From assembly GCF_009914755.1 (NCBI RefSeq), contig NC_060926.1: a stretch of 64,000 nucleotides of DNA. One strand, given 5' to 3'. The notes beneath the pieces are model-generated. The model worked only from the letters and a program-made list of their open reading frames with translations, was not told the origin of the DNA and made no database searches. The translations under genes and the position numbers were made by a program. Shown here one piece after another: positions 1-14,305 of this stretch (positions within the stretch are counted from its first letter, which is position 1; each line of letters starts with the position of its first letter). This stretch comes from the human T2T-CHM13v2.0 reference genome, Homo sapiens.

Positions 1-690
1 TAATATCCACAGGGCTCAAGGATACAAGCTCACCTCTAGGGGATTAAAGCTGTGGGATGAGTGTGGAAAAAACTCATGGCTCTGGGTTTGTTCCAGGGTA
101 AGCCTCAGGATATACTAAATTCAACTAGATTCAGGACACTACTAAGATAAAAGGCAGAATCAGAGCCATATTCAATTTGTAGGGCAAGTATACCAATAGT
201 TGCTCCATGATACCAAAAGGATTTTCATTCCAATCACCATATCCTTCCCTTCACTATCTCTTCCTTCTTACTCTGTTTCTCTCTTCCTCTTTAGTATTTG
301 AATCAGGGCTAACCTGGATCTAGAACAGAGAGACTGGATATTCTCAGAAGTGAAGAGTCCTGTGGTCACAGTACTATATTCCAGTGCTAAGATCTGTTCC
401 TGTATTCCTCTGCTAGGCCTTCTGGAGTTACAAAATCACACTTTAGTTTCCCTTTATGTGACCCAGTCCTTAAATTAGAATTTAAATGGCTAGAGTAGAG
501 GATCAGATGGATTTGGAAATTTGGACCTTGATGCACACAAAAATTGTATAAGGGCCCAAATATTAAAGAGTAGCTTTTTTTGTATGTGATAAAACATGAT
601 TCTGAGCTACAGACCATATTCTTCACAAAATTTTAATAGCAAAGGAACTCCTACTAAATTTACCTTTCTCTTATGGATCAACATTATTGA

Positions 691-1028
<338 letters not shown>

Positions 1029-4000
1029 AAATTTAGATAACTTTTTTAAAGGTACTGAGCCATTTAGAAACTCATGACTGAGGAATAACAACATCTAACA
1101 ATGATGGCAACAACAACAAAAATCTGCTTTACTGAAACCAAGAAATGCTTCTTAAAAATACATTTTTCATTTGTCTCATGGCAAGCATTTATTGAGTACT
1201 TAATCTATGTAGGGCCTTAGTCATTACAACTTCTGGTCTTCATTAATTTTTTTTATCATTCTAGTTCTTCCATTTTCCTCCTTTCTTTACTTTTATTTCT
1301 CTGTTTCATTATCATATTCTTTTTTTGAGAGTCCTATCATAGATCAGTGATGAAGCAGGCATCACTTATGCCTGCTTCATAAATTAATTCAGATATGTTT
1401 CAAACACATTAACTCACTACTTTTTCTGCTTCTTTTTACACACCTGTGCTCATAACCCTTTTTTTTTAGAAAATGTCACGATAACACAGATGTTAGAATT
1501 AAGCAAAAAGAAATGACCTGTATACCAATATGGGTATAAAAGTTTAAAATGTTAACCTATAAGAATCACTGGACATTAAAATTAAACATAACTTCAGAGA
1601 TCATTTAATCTAGCCATGCTTAGGAACCCTTGAGGTTTCAAAGTGTTAAAGGTGGTAATGACATCAGTTAGAATTTCCATTTTAAGTCACTAAACAAGTT
1701 TTGGGGTATCATGGAGTAATTTGTAGCAGACCAATATTCTATCAAAGACAATTAGAAAAACCAGAGACAAACATTTTAAAAAATAAAAAGGCTGCTTGGA
1801 AGCATCAGAGAGTTGCTGAGGCATCCAGGACTTGAGGATACAAGATCTGGAAGAGAAAGGGAGCTCACTGAGATGAATACAAAATGCCACATACCATATA
1901 TTTTTGGTGTTGAAAGAGAGGCAAAGAGGCTAAGAGAACTGCTGGCAAACTCACAGCTGGATAAACAAAAACGAGTTTGATGATGCCAGGGGAGCAAGAG
2001 TGCAGAGAAAAGGGAAGAACAGAAAACAGCCTATTGGCATAGGCCAATGCTAAGCTATAGAGGGCAAAGGGCAGAAAGCCAAGCAGAAAATGGCTAAAAA
2101 ATAGAGTTATCTGAAGACTCCTAATGCTGACAAGATAAAAATTGGAGTCCAGGTTCCACCTAGAAGGAGCCTTGCTAAAATGCACTATGCTCCCAGTTGG
2201 GACACATAAAGGGATACCTATAATAGTTGGTATGAGCAAAATGTAGACTGAACCTTCGAAAAACTACATTGCTGCAAAACTGCATTGCTGCTGCAGAACT
2301 ACAAAGTTTCTGAATGTATTGAGGTGATGATCCCCTTTACTCTGGATGCCTGCCAGAAAATAGAATGAATCTCTCTAGAAGAGAATATCCAGGGCCACTA
2401 CAATTTTTCATGTCTAATGGCTGGGATTCAGTAAAAAGTTATCGGACTTATCAAGAACAGAGATATGAGAAAAGCAGACAATAGAAACAGTACTACAGGT
2501 GAGTGAAATCAGAAATAGACTTTAAAATAGAGAATAAAATACAGAATTTCACCACACAATTGAAATATTTAAAAAATAAATTCTAGCTCTGAAAAAAAGA
2601 ATAGTTAAAACTAAGAATATAGCAGAGAGATTTAAGAACAGATTGGATAGAGGATGAGTAAACTGGAACACTGGTGAGTACAAAATGTCTAGACAGAAGC
2701 AAAATCTAGACTGAAGCGGAAAGCAAAACAACATATGTGCATATACAGTCCCAGTGGAAGATGGAGAATGGGGGAAAAAGACAATTTGAAGATATAATAA
2801 CTGCAAATTTTCTAAACTGATGAAAGACATCAAGTCAGGTTCAAGAGGAATCTTAAACCCTACACAGGAAAAACACAAAGAAAACCATGTGCCAAGGCAC
2901 ATTAGAGTAAAACTGCCAAAAACTGAAGATGAAGAGAACATTCTGGGCAACACAGTGAGACCACATCTCTAAAATAATAAAAATTTTAAATAGACAAATA
3001 AGAAAGATACATCATCTTCCAAGAAGCTGCAACAAGACTGATACCTGACTTCATTTTTTAAAATGAGAGAAACCAGAAGACAATGGAACTATATATTTGA
3101 ATGCTAAAAGAAAATAATTGGCAACTTAGAATTCAATACCCAAGGAAAATGTTCTTCAATAATGAAGCCCTCCTCACCCCCTGCCAACAAAAAGACTTTT
3201 CCAGGCAAACAAAAGCTGAGATGATTCAACATCTGTAGGCCTACACTAAAATAAATATTTTTTAAAATATGAAAAGCAACAAAAGGGTAAATAGATGGAT
3301 ACATGTAAATAAATATTGTCCATACTAAAAATAATACTGATGATCTTTGGGATTTAAAATATGAAGTCAAAATGCACAATAGCAGCAATAAAAATGTAGG
3401 AATGGAATAAATTGAATTAAAGTAGTCTAAAGTTGAAGATTTTCTGGGATTTGTTACAATTATATTAGACTAATAAGAATGATTGTTGTAGAGTTTAGGA
3501 TAACCAGTAAAAGGATAAAAGACAGTATAATTAACAGGCTAATAGAAAATAAAAGTAGAGCAATAAAATATAATTACTGTTTTAAAAGGCAGGAAAGGAG
3601 GAAAAAGTTAAAAAAAAAAGAAAGGGAGAAACAGAAGTAGAAAACAGAAAGTATAAGAGTATATTTAAATCCCAATGTATCACTAATTAATGTAAATGCA
3701 AATTAACTAAATACTCCAATTAAAAAGCAGACCTTATTAGAACAAAGAAGCAAACACTCTCCACGCTGCTCATTAGAGCATACCTTAAAAATAACAATCT
3801 TGAAAAATTGAAAATAAAATGATGGAAAAACACATATCATGCAAATGCTAGCCAAAATGAAAGCTGGCATGACTATACTAACATCAGACAAAGTAGACCC
3901 TTGGGCAAGAAGCATTAAAAAAGGAATATCACAATGTTAAAAGAGTTGATCTGCCCAGAAGATGCAACAATCCTAAATTTATATGCACCTAGTAACATAG

Positions 4001-4357
4001 CATTAATATATGTTAAGAAAAAATGGCAGGACTAACAGGAGAAATAAATCCATAATCATAATTTGAGAGTTGCACACCTCTTGATAACTGACAAAACAAT
4101 TAGAACAAAACTAAAAAATCATTAGAGATATAGAATACTTGCCTATCATGATTAACAAACTTGATTTAATTGATGTCTATAGAACACTACACCCAATAAC
4201 TGCAGAAAACATCTTTTAAAGGACACATAAGACATTTACCAAAATATACCATATGCTAAGCCAAAAGGTTGAACAATCTTCAAACGACTAGGAATAATTC
4301 CACTATGTTTTCTAACCACTGTAAAATCAAGCTAGAAATCAATACAAAAAGACAGCT

Positions 4358-7300
4358 GCAGGGACTTTTGTTTTCAGATCTGTATGAGAGGAGCTTGGAA
4401 GTCACCACTCCATTCTAACAAGTAAAAGCTGAACAAACTGAAAAATCAACAATTCCTAGATTTGTAAAAGAAGTAAGAGCACAGGGTAAACTGCTGCCTC
4501 TCAAATTGGAAGGACAGATAGATAAAGAGAGTCACAACATACTGGAAGCAGAAACCTCTATGGGAACCAGTGCTGCAGTAGGAAAACTTGAACTGTAGTT
4601 GAGGAATTGCTGAAGGCTAGGATTGGACAAGTCTAGAGTTAAAAGTTCCAGGAGAACCCAGCCATGGAGGAGTAGGGGGAGGGGCATGATTTTGTGAGTT
4701 TTAACTCTAGGAGGTTGGCCAGATTCTCACAGTAAATATCAGAAAAAAAATTCTTCTGAGTCTCAGCAGGGAGAGGGGTAAAGGAACCATTCCTCTGTAT
4801 TTCTTAACAAGATCTGCCCCAGGAGAAACTAGTCAACCAAACCCTAACCTAATCCCTAACTTACTGTGATTTTATCAAAGCCTAACTGACCTGGGGGAGG
4901 GGAAATAACCCAATTATAGCCAGCTATAGTACTCCATGTGGAAGAAATATTGTGAACAACTTTTTGCCCACAAATTTGATAACCTAGATTAAATGGATCA
5001 ATTGCGTGAAAAACACAGTCTGACAAAACTCACACAAGAAGAAGTGGTCAATCTGAAAAAGCATATAAATATTATAGAAATTGAACCAATAATTATAACC
5101 TCCTAAAACAGAAAGCCCCAAGTACAGATGGGTTCACTGGTGAATTCTACCAAATATTTAAGGACAAAATTATAGGAATTATTTACAAAATCTTTCAAAA
5201 CACAGAAGTAGAAGGATACTTCCTAATTTGTTTTACGAGGCCAGCATTACCCTAATATCAAGTCTTGCCAAAGATATTACAAGAAAACTACATATCAATA
5301 TCACTCATAAACATAGATGCAAACATCCTCAACAAAATATCAGCAAATCAAATCCAACAATGTATAAAAGAATCGTATACCATAACTAAGTGGGATTTAT
5401 CCCAGGTATGCAAGGTTGGACTAACATTTGAAAATAAATCATTGTAATCCATTATATCAATGGGCTAAGAAAGAAAAATTACACAAACATATCAACAGAT
5501 ACAGAAAAAAGTATTTGACAAAATCCAACATTATTCACGATAAAAACACCCTCAACACAGTAGGAAAAGTTTATCAATTTGATAAAGAACATCTACAAAA
5601 AACCTACAGCTAACATCATACTAAATGGTGAGAAACTATAAGCTTTCCTACTAAGATCAAGATCAAGAACAAACTTTCCTACTAAGATCAAAACCACTCC
5701 TTTTCAACATATTATTGGAAGTCCTAGCTAATGCAATAAGACAAAAAAGGAAATAAAAGGCATACTAATTGAAAGAGAAGAAAGAAAACTCTCTTTTTTT
5801 CTTTTGTAGAAGACATGATTTTCTATAGAAAATCCAAAAGTACTGACAAAAAAATTCCTGGGACTAACAAGTGATTACAGCAAGGTTGCAGGATACAAGG
5901 TTAATATACAAAAATTATTCACTTACCTATATACCACCAATGAACAAGTAGAATTTGCAATTAAAAGCAAAATGTCATTTATATAAGCACCCCCAGAATG
6001 AAATGCTTAGGTATAAATCTAACAAAATATGTCATCAAGATCTACATGAGAAAAACTATGAAACTCTGATAAAATATCAAAGAATAACAAATAAATGAGT
6101 TATTTCATATTCATGGATAGGAAGACAATATTGTCAAGATATCAGTTCTTTCCAACTTGATCTATAGATTCAATGCAATCCCAATATAAACCCCAGTAAA
6201 TTTTTCTATGGATGTTGATAAACTGATTCTAAAGTTTATATGAAGAGGCAATATATCCAGAATAGCCAACACAATATCAAAGAAGAACTAAGTCAGACTT
6301 TGTTCACTCTCAGACTTCAAGACTTACTATAAAGCTATAGTAATCAAGGCAGTGTGGTATTGGTGAATAACTAGGCAAATAGATCAAAGCAACAAAACAG
6401 AAAGCACAGAAACAGACCCACATAAATACAGTCAGAAAAATATATATAAAAAAGATAGACCTCTGATGAGCAAAGGCAAAGCAATGGAACAAAGATGTTC
6501 TTTTCGACAAATGTGCTGGAAAAACTGTACAATCACATGAACGAAAGAAAAGAATCTAGACACAAACTCACAGCTTTCAAAAAAATAAACTACAAATGGA
6601 TCACAGAAATAAATGTAAAATACAAAACTATAAAGCTCATAGAAGATAACATAAGAGAAAATCTAGATAACCTTGGAATTAGCAATGACTTCTTTTTAGA
6701 TATGACTCCAAAGGCACAATCCATGAAATACAATATTTATAAGCTGGACTTCATTAAAATTAAAAATTTCTGCTCTGCAAAAGACACTCAAAAGAATACA
6801 AAGATAAGCCACAGACTGGGAGAAAATATTTGCAAAAGACACATCTGATAAGGGACTATTATCCAAAACATACAAAGAATTTTTAAAGTGCACAATAAAA
6901 AAACAAACAATCCAATTAAAAAATGGAGCAAAGATCTTAACAGATACCTCACCGAAGAAGATATCATGGCATAAAATAAGCATATTAAAAAGACGATCCA
7001 CATCATATGTCCTCAGGGAAATGCAAATTAAAACAATAATGAGATACCACTATACACCTATTAGAATGGCCAAAATCCAGGACACTGCTAAACACCAAAT
7101 GCTGATGAGAATGTAGAACAACAGGAGCTCTCACCTATTGTTGGTGAAAATGCAAAATGGTATAGTCACTTTGGAAGACAAATAGTTTGGTGGTTTCTTA
7201 CAAAACTAAACATACTCTCACCATATGATCCAGCAATTATACTCCCTGATATTTTCCCAAAGGAATTGAAAACTTATATTCACACAAAAATCTGCACATG

Positions 7301-7940
7301 AATGTTTATAGCAACTACAGTCATAATTGCTGAAACTTGGAAGCAATCAAGATATCCTTCAGTAGGTGAATGGATAAATGAATGTGGTAAATCCAGACAA
7401 TGAAATATTATTCAGCACATTAAGAAGAAATGAGCCATTAAGCCATGAAAAATTATGGAGGAAACTTAAATGCATATTACTAAGTTAAAGAAGCCAGTCT
7501 AATAAAGGTTACATACTACATGATTCCAACTACATGACATTCCAGAAAAGGCACAATGAGGGGGACAAGAAAAAGATCAGTGGCTGCCAGGGGTTGGGGC
7601 AAGAAGGGAATGAAGAGGTGGAGTACAGAGGATTTTAGGGCATCAAAATTACTACGTATGATACTATAATGATGGATACTTGTCATTAGATATTTGTTCA
7701 AATCCATAGAATATACAACATCAAGAGTGAGCCCTCATGCAAATTATCAATTTTGGGTGATAATGATATGTCAGTGTAGGTTTATCACATGTAACATACC
7801 ACTCTGGGGGGAATACGAATAATGAGGGAGGCTATGCATGTAGAGGGGGCAAGAAGTACCTAGGATATCTCTGTATATTCCTCTTAATTTTGTGGTAAAA
7901 TTAAAATTGCTGTAAAAATACGAAGTCCTTTTTAAAAAAA
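4358..7940 (+). mobile_element. L1MC-like element nested in the older L1, with 5'UTR joined directly to ORF2 RT
   Basis: ORF2 RT and C-terminal remnants (ISLINIDANILNKI, LDFIKIKNFCSAKD) and an L1MC1-3-type 3' UTR. Flanks AAAAAGACAGCT / AAAAAGATACCT. Confidence 0.75.
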
Positions 7941-8254
7941 GATACCTAGCAAATCCAAAAATGGAAAAGAGTACCCTACTAAATTACTCATGTTTCAAGA
8001 AGAAATTAAAACGGAAATTAGAAAATATTTTGAGTTGAATGCTAAAAAGAAAAACATATCAAGATCTGTGGGGTAAAGCTAAAAATGTGTCTCAGGAAAA
8101 TGTATTGCTTTAAATGCACACATTAAAAAATAAAGACTGAAGAAGAATTATGGATCTAGGTATGCATCTCAAGAAGTTAAAGGATAGCAAACTACTATTG
8201 CTGCTGCTGTTACTGCTAATAGAAAAAAAATCAGAGAAATAGAATATAAATGTA

Positions 8255-8599
<345 letters not shown>

Positions 8600-9815
8600 T
8601 CAACAAAGGCAAAGAAATGCTTCTTTGAAAAGACTTGTAAAAATGATAAACCTCCGTCAATAATGTGAAGAAAAAAGAAAGAAGGCACAAATAACCAATA
8701 GTAGGAATGAAAAAGGGTATATAACTGCAGATCTTACAGATATTAAAAATATAATGAGAGAATATTATGAATGACTTTATGCCAACAGATTTGGAAATTT
8801 AGATGAAACAGGCAAATTCCTAGAAAACACAATTTACCAAAACTGATATAAGAATAAACAGAAGATCTGACTATTCACTTATGTATTAAAGAAATTAAGT
8901 CCATAATTAATAAACTTCCCATAAAGAAATTTCCTGGTCCATATAATTTCACTGGTGAATCTTTATAACACTGAAGAAAGAAGTAAGGCCAATCTTACGT
9001 AAATTCTTCCTCAGAAATAAAATTAAGGAATACTTCCAATTTATTTTTATTAGACTTGTATAACTTTGATTCTAAAACCTGAAAAGGCTATTTTATGCAA
9101 GGAAATCCAATAGAAAATTTGGCAAGGGACATGAAATGGTACTTCAAAAATAAGGTATCAAAATGGCCAATTAACATATGAAAGGTTGCTCAACATCATT
9201 AGTATTAGGGAAATAGAAAATAAACTTACAATGAGATACCATACACATTCACTAAGATGGCTAAAAATAAAATACCAATATAATACCATGTGTTTTGGGG
9301 ATGTGGAAGAACTTGAGTTATCTTTGCTCTTGGTATAAACTGATTACAATCACTTTGAAAAACTATTATTAGCTACATACATAGATTCCATGACATACAT
9401 AGACTCTATGACCTGCAACTGCAATCCTAGGTACATATCCAACAGAAATGAGTACACTAAAAGATATATACAAGACTGTTCACAGCAGCACTATTTGTAA
9501 AAATAAAAAAAAGACAAGACAACAAAAAAACTCAATCTGTAAACAACCCAAATGTCCATCAACAATCAAATAGAGATCAATATAACAAAGTATGTCATAG
9601 TCATATAATATAATACTTTACAGCAATGAGAAAGAATAAACTGCTTCATACAACAGTTTGGATGACTCTCATCAATGTAATGTTTAATGAAAGAAGCTAG
9701 ACATAAAAGAGTAGATACTATATAATCCCACTAGATACTATATAATCCCACTCATATAAAGTACAAAACTGGCCAACTAATCAATCTGATAGAATTATAT
9801 ATATATATATACAAA

Positions 9816-10269
9816 CTCTTTCCGTGCCACCAAAATGGTACACATGAATGTCCTGGATGATGCTCCTAACAGCATCAACAATGCTGAAGAGAGGCAAATG
9901 CCACATTCTTATTAGGCTGTGCTCCAAAGTCATCGTCCAGTTTCTAACTGTGTTGCTGAAGCATGGTTACATTGGTGAATTTAAAATCATTGAAAATCAC
10001 AGAGCTGGGAAAATTATTGTGAACCTCACAAGCAGGCTAAACAAGTGTGGAGTTATCAGCCCCAGATTTGCTGTGCAACTCAAAGATCTAGAAAAATGGC
10101 AGAATAATAATCCCGCCAGTTTAGTTTCATTGTATTGACAACCTCAGCTGGTATCACGGACCAAGAAGAAGCAAGATGAAAACACACAGGAGGGGAAATC
10201 CTGGGATTCTTTTTCTAGAGATGTAATACATATTTACAAATAAAATGGCTCATGGGCCAAAAAAAAAAA
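9816..10269 (+). pseudogene. Processed pseudogene of ribosomal protein S15a (RPS15A)
   Basis: 5'TOP-like CTCTTTCC at 9816 and ATG at 9835 (MVHMNVL..). Intronless [24 protein letters not shown] with TAG at 10216-10218. AATAAA at 10239, poly(A) at 10259-10269, degenerate TSD AGAA(T/A)TATA(T/C)ATAT. Disablements: a 1-bp deletion near codon 19, a small deletion near 10110, and CGA>TGA at 10177. Confidence 0.95.
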
Positions 10270-10708
10270 GAAATATACATATTAATTACTTCTGGGTGTG
10301 AGGCATTGGAACTGGAAGCAGGAACAAGGGGCCTTTGAGGGATGTCGGTAATATTCTGTATTTTGATCAGAGTTTCATGAGTATATTCACTTTGTGAAAA
10401 TGCATGAAGCCATATAATTATGATTTATAGATCTTTCTGTTCTATAATAAAATGTTTACTTGAAAATGTCAATAAATAGAATACTTTCCCTCTTTAAATA
10501 TGTACTGCTTGAGATCCTCTAAGTGAATACAGATTAAGTCATGAGTATCAGCCAGTGGATCAGAAAGCTGTACTCATGATCCAGTCACTCGGTTGGTATT
10601 CCACTCAGCTGAAAACAGCTGGGTGCTGTGAGTGTGTGTCTGTGTGTGTATGTGTGTGTGTATTTTTTAACTATTATAAAATTTGAAAATGTTCTCATTT
10701 TTACTCAT

Positions 10709-11436
10709 TGTGATGGTTAATTTTATGTATCAACTTTACTGAGCCACAGAATGCCCAGATATTTTGTCAAGCATTATTCTGGGTGTCTCTGTGAGGGTAT
10801 TTCTAGATGAGATTCACACCTGAATTGGTAGACTGAGTAAAGAAGATTGCCAGCCAGGTACGGTGGCTCATGCCTTTAGTACCTGTAGTCCCTGAGGCTG
10901 AGGTGGGAGGGCCCAGAAGATCGAGGCTGCAGTGGGCTATGATCACACCATTGCACTTCAGCCTGGGTGACAAAGTGAGACCTCATCTCTAAAGAAAAGG
11001 TAGATTGTTCTCTCTAATGTGGATGGGCCTCACCTAATCAGTTGAAGGCCTGAAAAAACCACAAAGGTTGACTTTTCTGTGAGAAATTCCTCCTGCTTGA
11101 CTACCTCTGAGCTGAGGCATCAGTTTTTATTTGCCTTTGGACTCGAACCAAACCATTCACTTTTCCTGGGTCTCAAGCCTGCTGGCATTTGGACTAGAAC
11201 TACACCATTGGCTCTCCTGGTTCTCAGGTCTTTGAACTTGAACTGTAATTATATCAGTGGCTCTGCTGGGTCTCCAGCCTGCCAACTGCATATTTTGGAA
11301 CATGTCAGCCTCTATTATCATGTGAGCCAATTCCTTATTAATCTGTATGTGTGTGTATACAAATTTATATAGATACATATTACACATCTTTTATAGACTC
11401 TTGTTTCGGTTCCTCCAGAGAACCATGACTAATACA
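10709..11436 (+). mobile_element. MLT2 (ERVL) solo LTR
   Basis: TGTGATGGTTAATTTTATGT...GAGAACCATGACTAATACA termini and a 5-bp TSD CTCAT/CTCAC. Confidence 0.85.
10852..10998 (+). mobile_element. Alu monomer (FRAM/FAM-like) inserted in the MLT2 LTR
   Basis: GCCAGGTACGGTGGCTCATGCC...GAGGCTGCAGTGGGCTATGATCACACCATTGCAC...GTGAGACC with internal deletions. Confidence 0.8.
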
Positions 11437-12204
11437 CTCACATATTACCTACATTTTGTCCATAATAGATGATGTTAAAGGCAGAAAACATAAAGAAAAG
11501 TAAAACATAAAAGTAAATGAAGACCATAAGAATAATTACAATTTTTCAAACAAGTCTCAAAGATGATCTTCAACAAAATTTGTAATTACACTTACTGATC
11601 AGAATCCTTATAATATACATAAAAATATACTTAGTCTTTTAAAAATTGATACTTAACATAAAATGTTTGTATTCATATCACTTTTTATTTACTGGGATTT
11701 AACATTATTCATATTGAGACTATTATTTTTAGAGAAATACTTGTACTTACTAGCAAGAAATACTTTAATTTTATTTAGAAACCAAACTTGAAAACTATAA
11801 AAAAACGTTTTTAATATTCACAATTAAAAACTTCAGACAACAGGTTATATAAGTTGATTGATTTGGATCTGTATTTGGATGTATATTTGATTTCCAAACA
11901 ATTCAATAAAACATTACAGTTAGAATATCCAAAAATTATGTTTTCTCTTATATAATTAGCTTAAAAATCTATTTTATATGGGAAAAGATGAAATGTATTT
12001 AATTGAAATGTATGAATATTATATTGAAATCAAATATGTAATCTTTAATAATATGCAAAATCTGAATTTTTCTTTAGTTTGCTTCTTTATCATATATCAT
12101 TAAAGAATGACATTATCTTTTAAGTTCCAGAGAGGGCTGATAATGAGATTACAATTACTGTAAATTCCATAGCTCATAAATGTTTGAAAATATTAATTTA
12201 GTAT

Positions 12205-12345
12205 AATTTCTATCCCCAGCTTTTATAGACAAAGAAACTGAGGCTAGAGCAGTTAGACAATTTGACCGAGGATATATTTTTAGTTTGTGGCAGAGTCAGG
12301 GTAAACGTGCAAGTTTCTTGATTGTTGATCCAGTGTTCTCTGCAG
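12205..12345 (-). mobile_element. MIR
   Basis: Core TTTTATAGACAAAGAAACTGAGGCTAGAGCAGTTAGACAATTTGACC. Confidence 0.7.
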
Positions 12346-13149
12346 CAGCACAAGATATCTGTCTCTTCTGCATGATGAGTCATTTTCTTAGCTCCACAAC
12401 TGATTTTTCACATGCACAAAAGAACCTGGTCAACTATAGCTATTAAAAGGCTGCCATGTCTGACTGAGAAATTCACAAATATAAGGGATCTTTACATTCT
12501 CCTCCACCTTCAATAAATTTGGCTTTCATCAGTTAATGTCTGAAAACATCTTTGGATAACTTTCAGTAGAAAAACAATACATCAGGAATCTCAGCGGCTG
12601 AGAAGGGAGAGCTTTTCCAGCTTTCATAAACAAAACTTCAGTGACAGCCTCTTTTAGGTTTTGGATGTAATTTTCCTAACTGATGTTTTCACTGTGGTGT
12701 GCCTTGGTTGTTTTCCACTCATTAGCTAATTGTGAGGGAAACCATATTTATGTTGATGCCACATCAGTGTGAAAAACTGATCAAATAAAGTAGAAGTCTG
12801 CAGTCTCTCACTGAGAAAAGCTGGAATCAAGTCACAATTCACATGTGAATGAGGTAAAGACAAGGTACATCTACAAGAATACTATTGTCCTGCTTCTGGT
12901 TTAAATGATTAGTAGCTAATGACACAGGCTCAAGAACTTCCCACTGAAATATTCATAAAAATTTAAAGAAAAAGTTAAAACGCTTAACAGTGCAAAAGTC
13001 TAAAACGGATGGTTAATCTATTGCCAGGATTGAAAAGGATTTTCACACTAACAAGAATGGAACAGATTTGAGAATCACAATCAAAGGTTAATACAGAACA
13101 GACTCACCAGTTTTCTCCATTCTTACCCCTGACTCAGTAACCAGGCTCT

Positions 13150-13273
13150 GTAATAGTGTTTTCTAACCTTGAGCAATTTTCTGAAAACACAGATTCCTTG
13201 GCTTAATTTCTAGAGATCCTGATTCCATAGGTATCTGATGGTGGTGATAGTGGTGGCAGGAGGATCCAGAAGT

Positions 13274-13311
<38 letters not shown>

Positions 13312-13368
13312 CTTATAAATCCCATTAAGTGAATCTGAAGATCTACCAGGTTTGATAACTACTGGTCT
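13150..13368. mobile_element. MER5-like hAT relic containing (GT)n at 13276-13309
   Basis: Termini TAGTGTTTTCTAACCTT...TTTGATAACTACTG and internal CAGATTCCTTGGC...AGAGATCCTGATTC. Confidence 0.55.
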
Positions 13369-13419
13369 ATATCAATCCATAAAATTGAGTAGCTGTCCCT
13401 CTGTTGCATAGTTCCTGCT

Positions 13420-14305
13420 TTTTTAAAATATAATTTCTGTTCTGAAATAGGCTCACAAGTAGTTGCAGAAGTAGTACAGAGTGTCTGTATATCCTTCAGG
13501 GAGGTTCCCCTGATGATAATACCTCATATAATCACAGGACATTGCCAAAAACCAGTTAACTGATGGTTGGTACAGTGCTAGGAATTCAGATACAGACCCT
13601 GTTTGATTTCACCAGTTTTTACATGCACGCTTTGTGTGTGTGTGTGTGTGTGTGTGTTGAATATGATTCTATAAAAGTTTATCACATGTGTTGATCCATG
13701 TAACCATCACAACAATCAGAATATGCAGAACTGTTGCATCATCATAAAGAAACTCCTTTGTTTTACTTACTACTAGTCACAACTTCTTCCTTCTGCAACC
13801 CTAACCTCTGGCAACCACTGATGTGTTCTCCATCATTACAGTTTTGTCACTTACAGAATGTTATATAAATGGAATCATATAATATAAAACCCTTTGAAAT
13901 TCACTTTTGTTTCCCACTCAGCACAATGCTCTTGAGAGCCATCCAAGTTTTTACCAATAGCTTAATATTTTTTATTGCTGAGTAGTATTCTATTGTACAG
14001 ATGGGCCACAGTTTGTTTATCCTTTCATGCACTGAAGTACGTTTGGATTGTTTCCAGTATTTGGCCATTATGAATAAAGCTGCTTTGAACATTCATGGAC
14101 AAGTTTTAGTGCAAACATGTTTTCATTTCTCTAGGAAAAAATGCCAGAAGTGGAATTGCTGATTTGCATGGTTTGTAAACATATTTAATTTTATAAGAAA
14201 CTGCCAATCTATTTTCCAGAGTGATAGTATCATTTTATGTCCCCACCAGCACTGTATAAATGAGAGACTTGTTTGCTCTGCATCCTCACCAGCAGTTGGC
14301 TTATT
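13420..14305 (-). mobile_element. L1M (L1MC/L1MD-type) 3' fragment with (TG)n
   Basis: ORF2 C-terminal remnant MFKAALFIMAKYWKQ and an old-L1 3'UTR. Confidence 0.75.

Noticed and set aside
4840-4862. CCCTAA-like telomeric motifs
   Set aside because: Only 2-3 imperfect units inside an L1 5'UTR; not an interstitial telomere.
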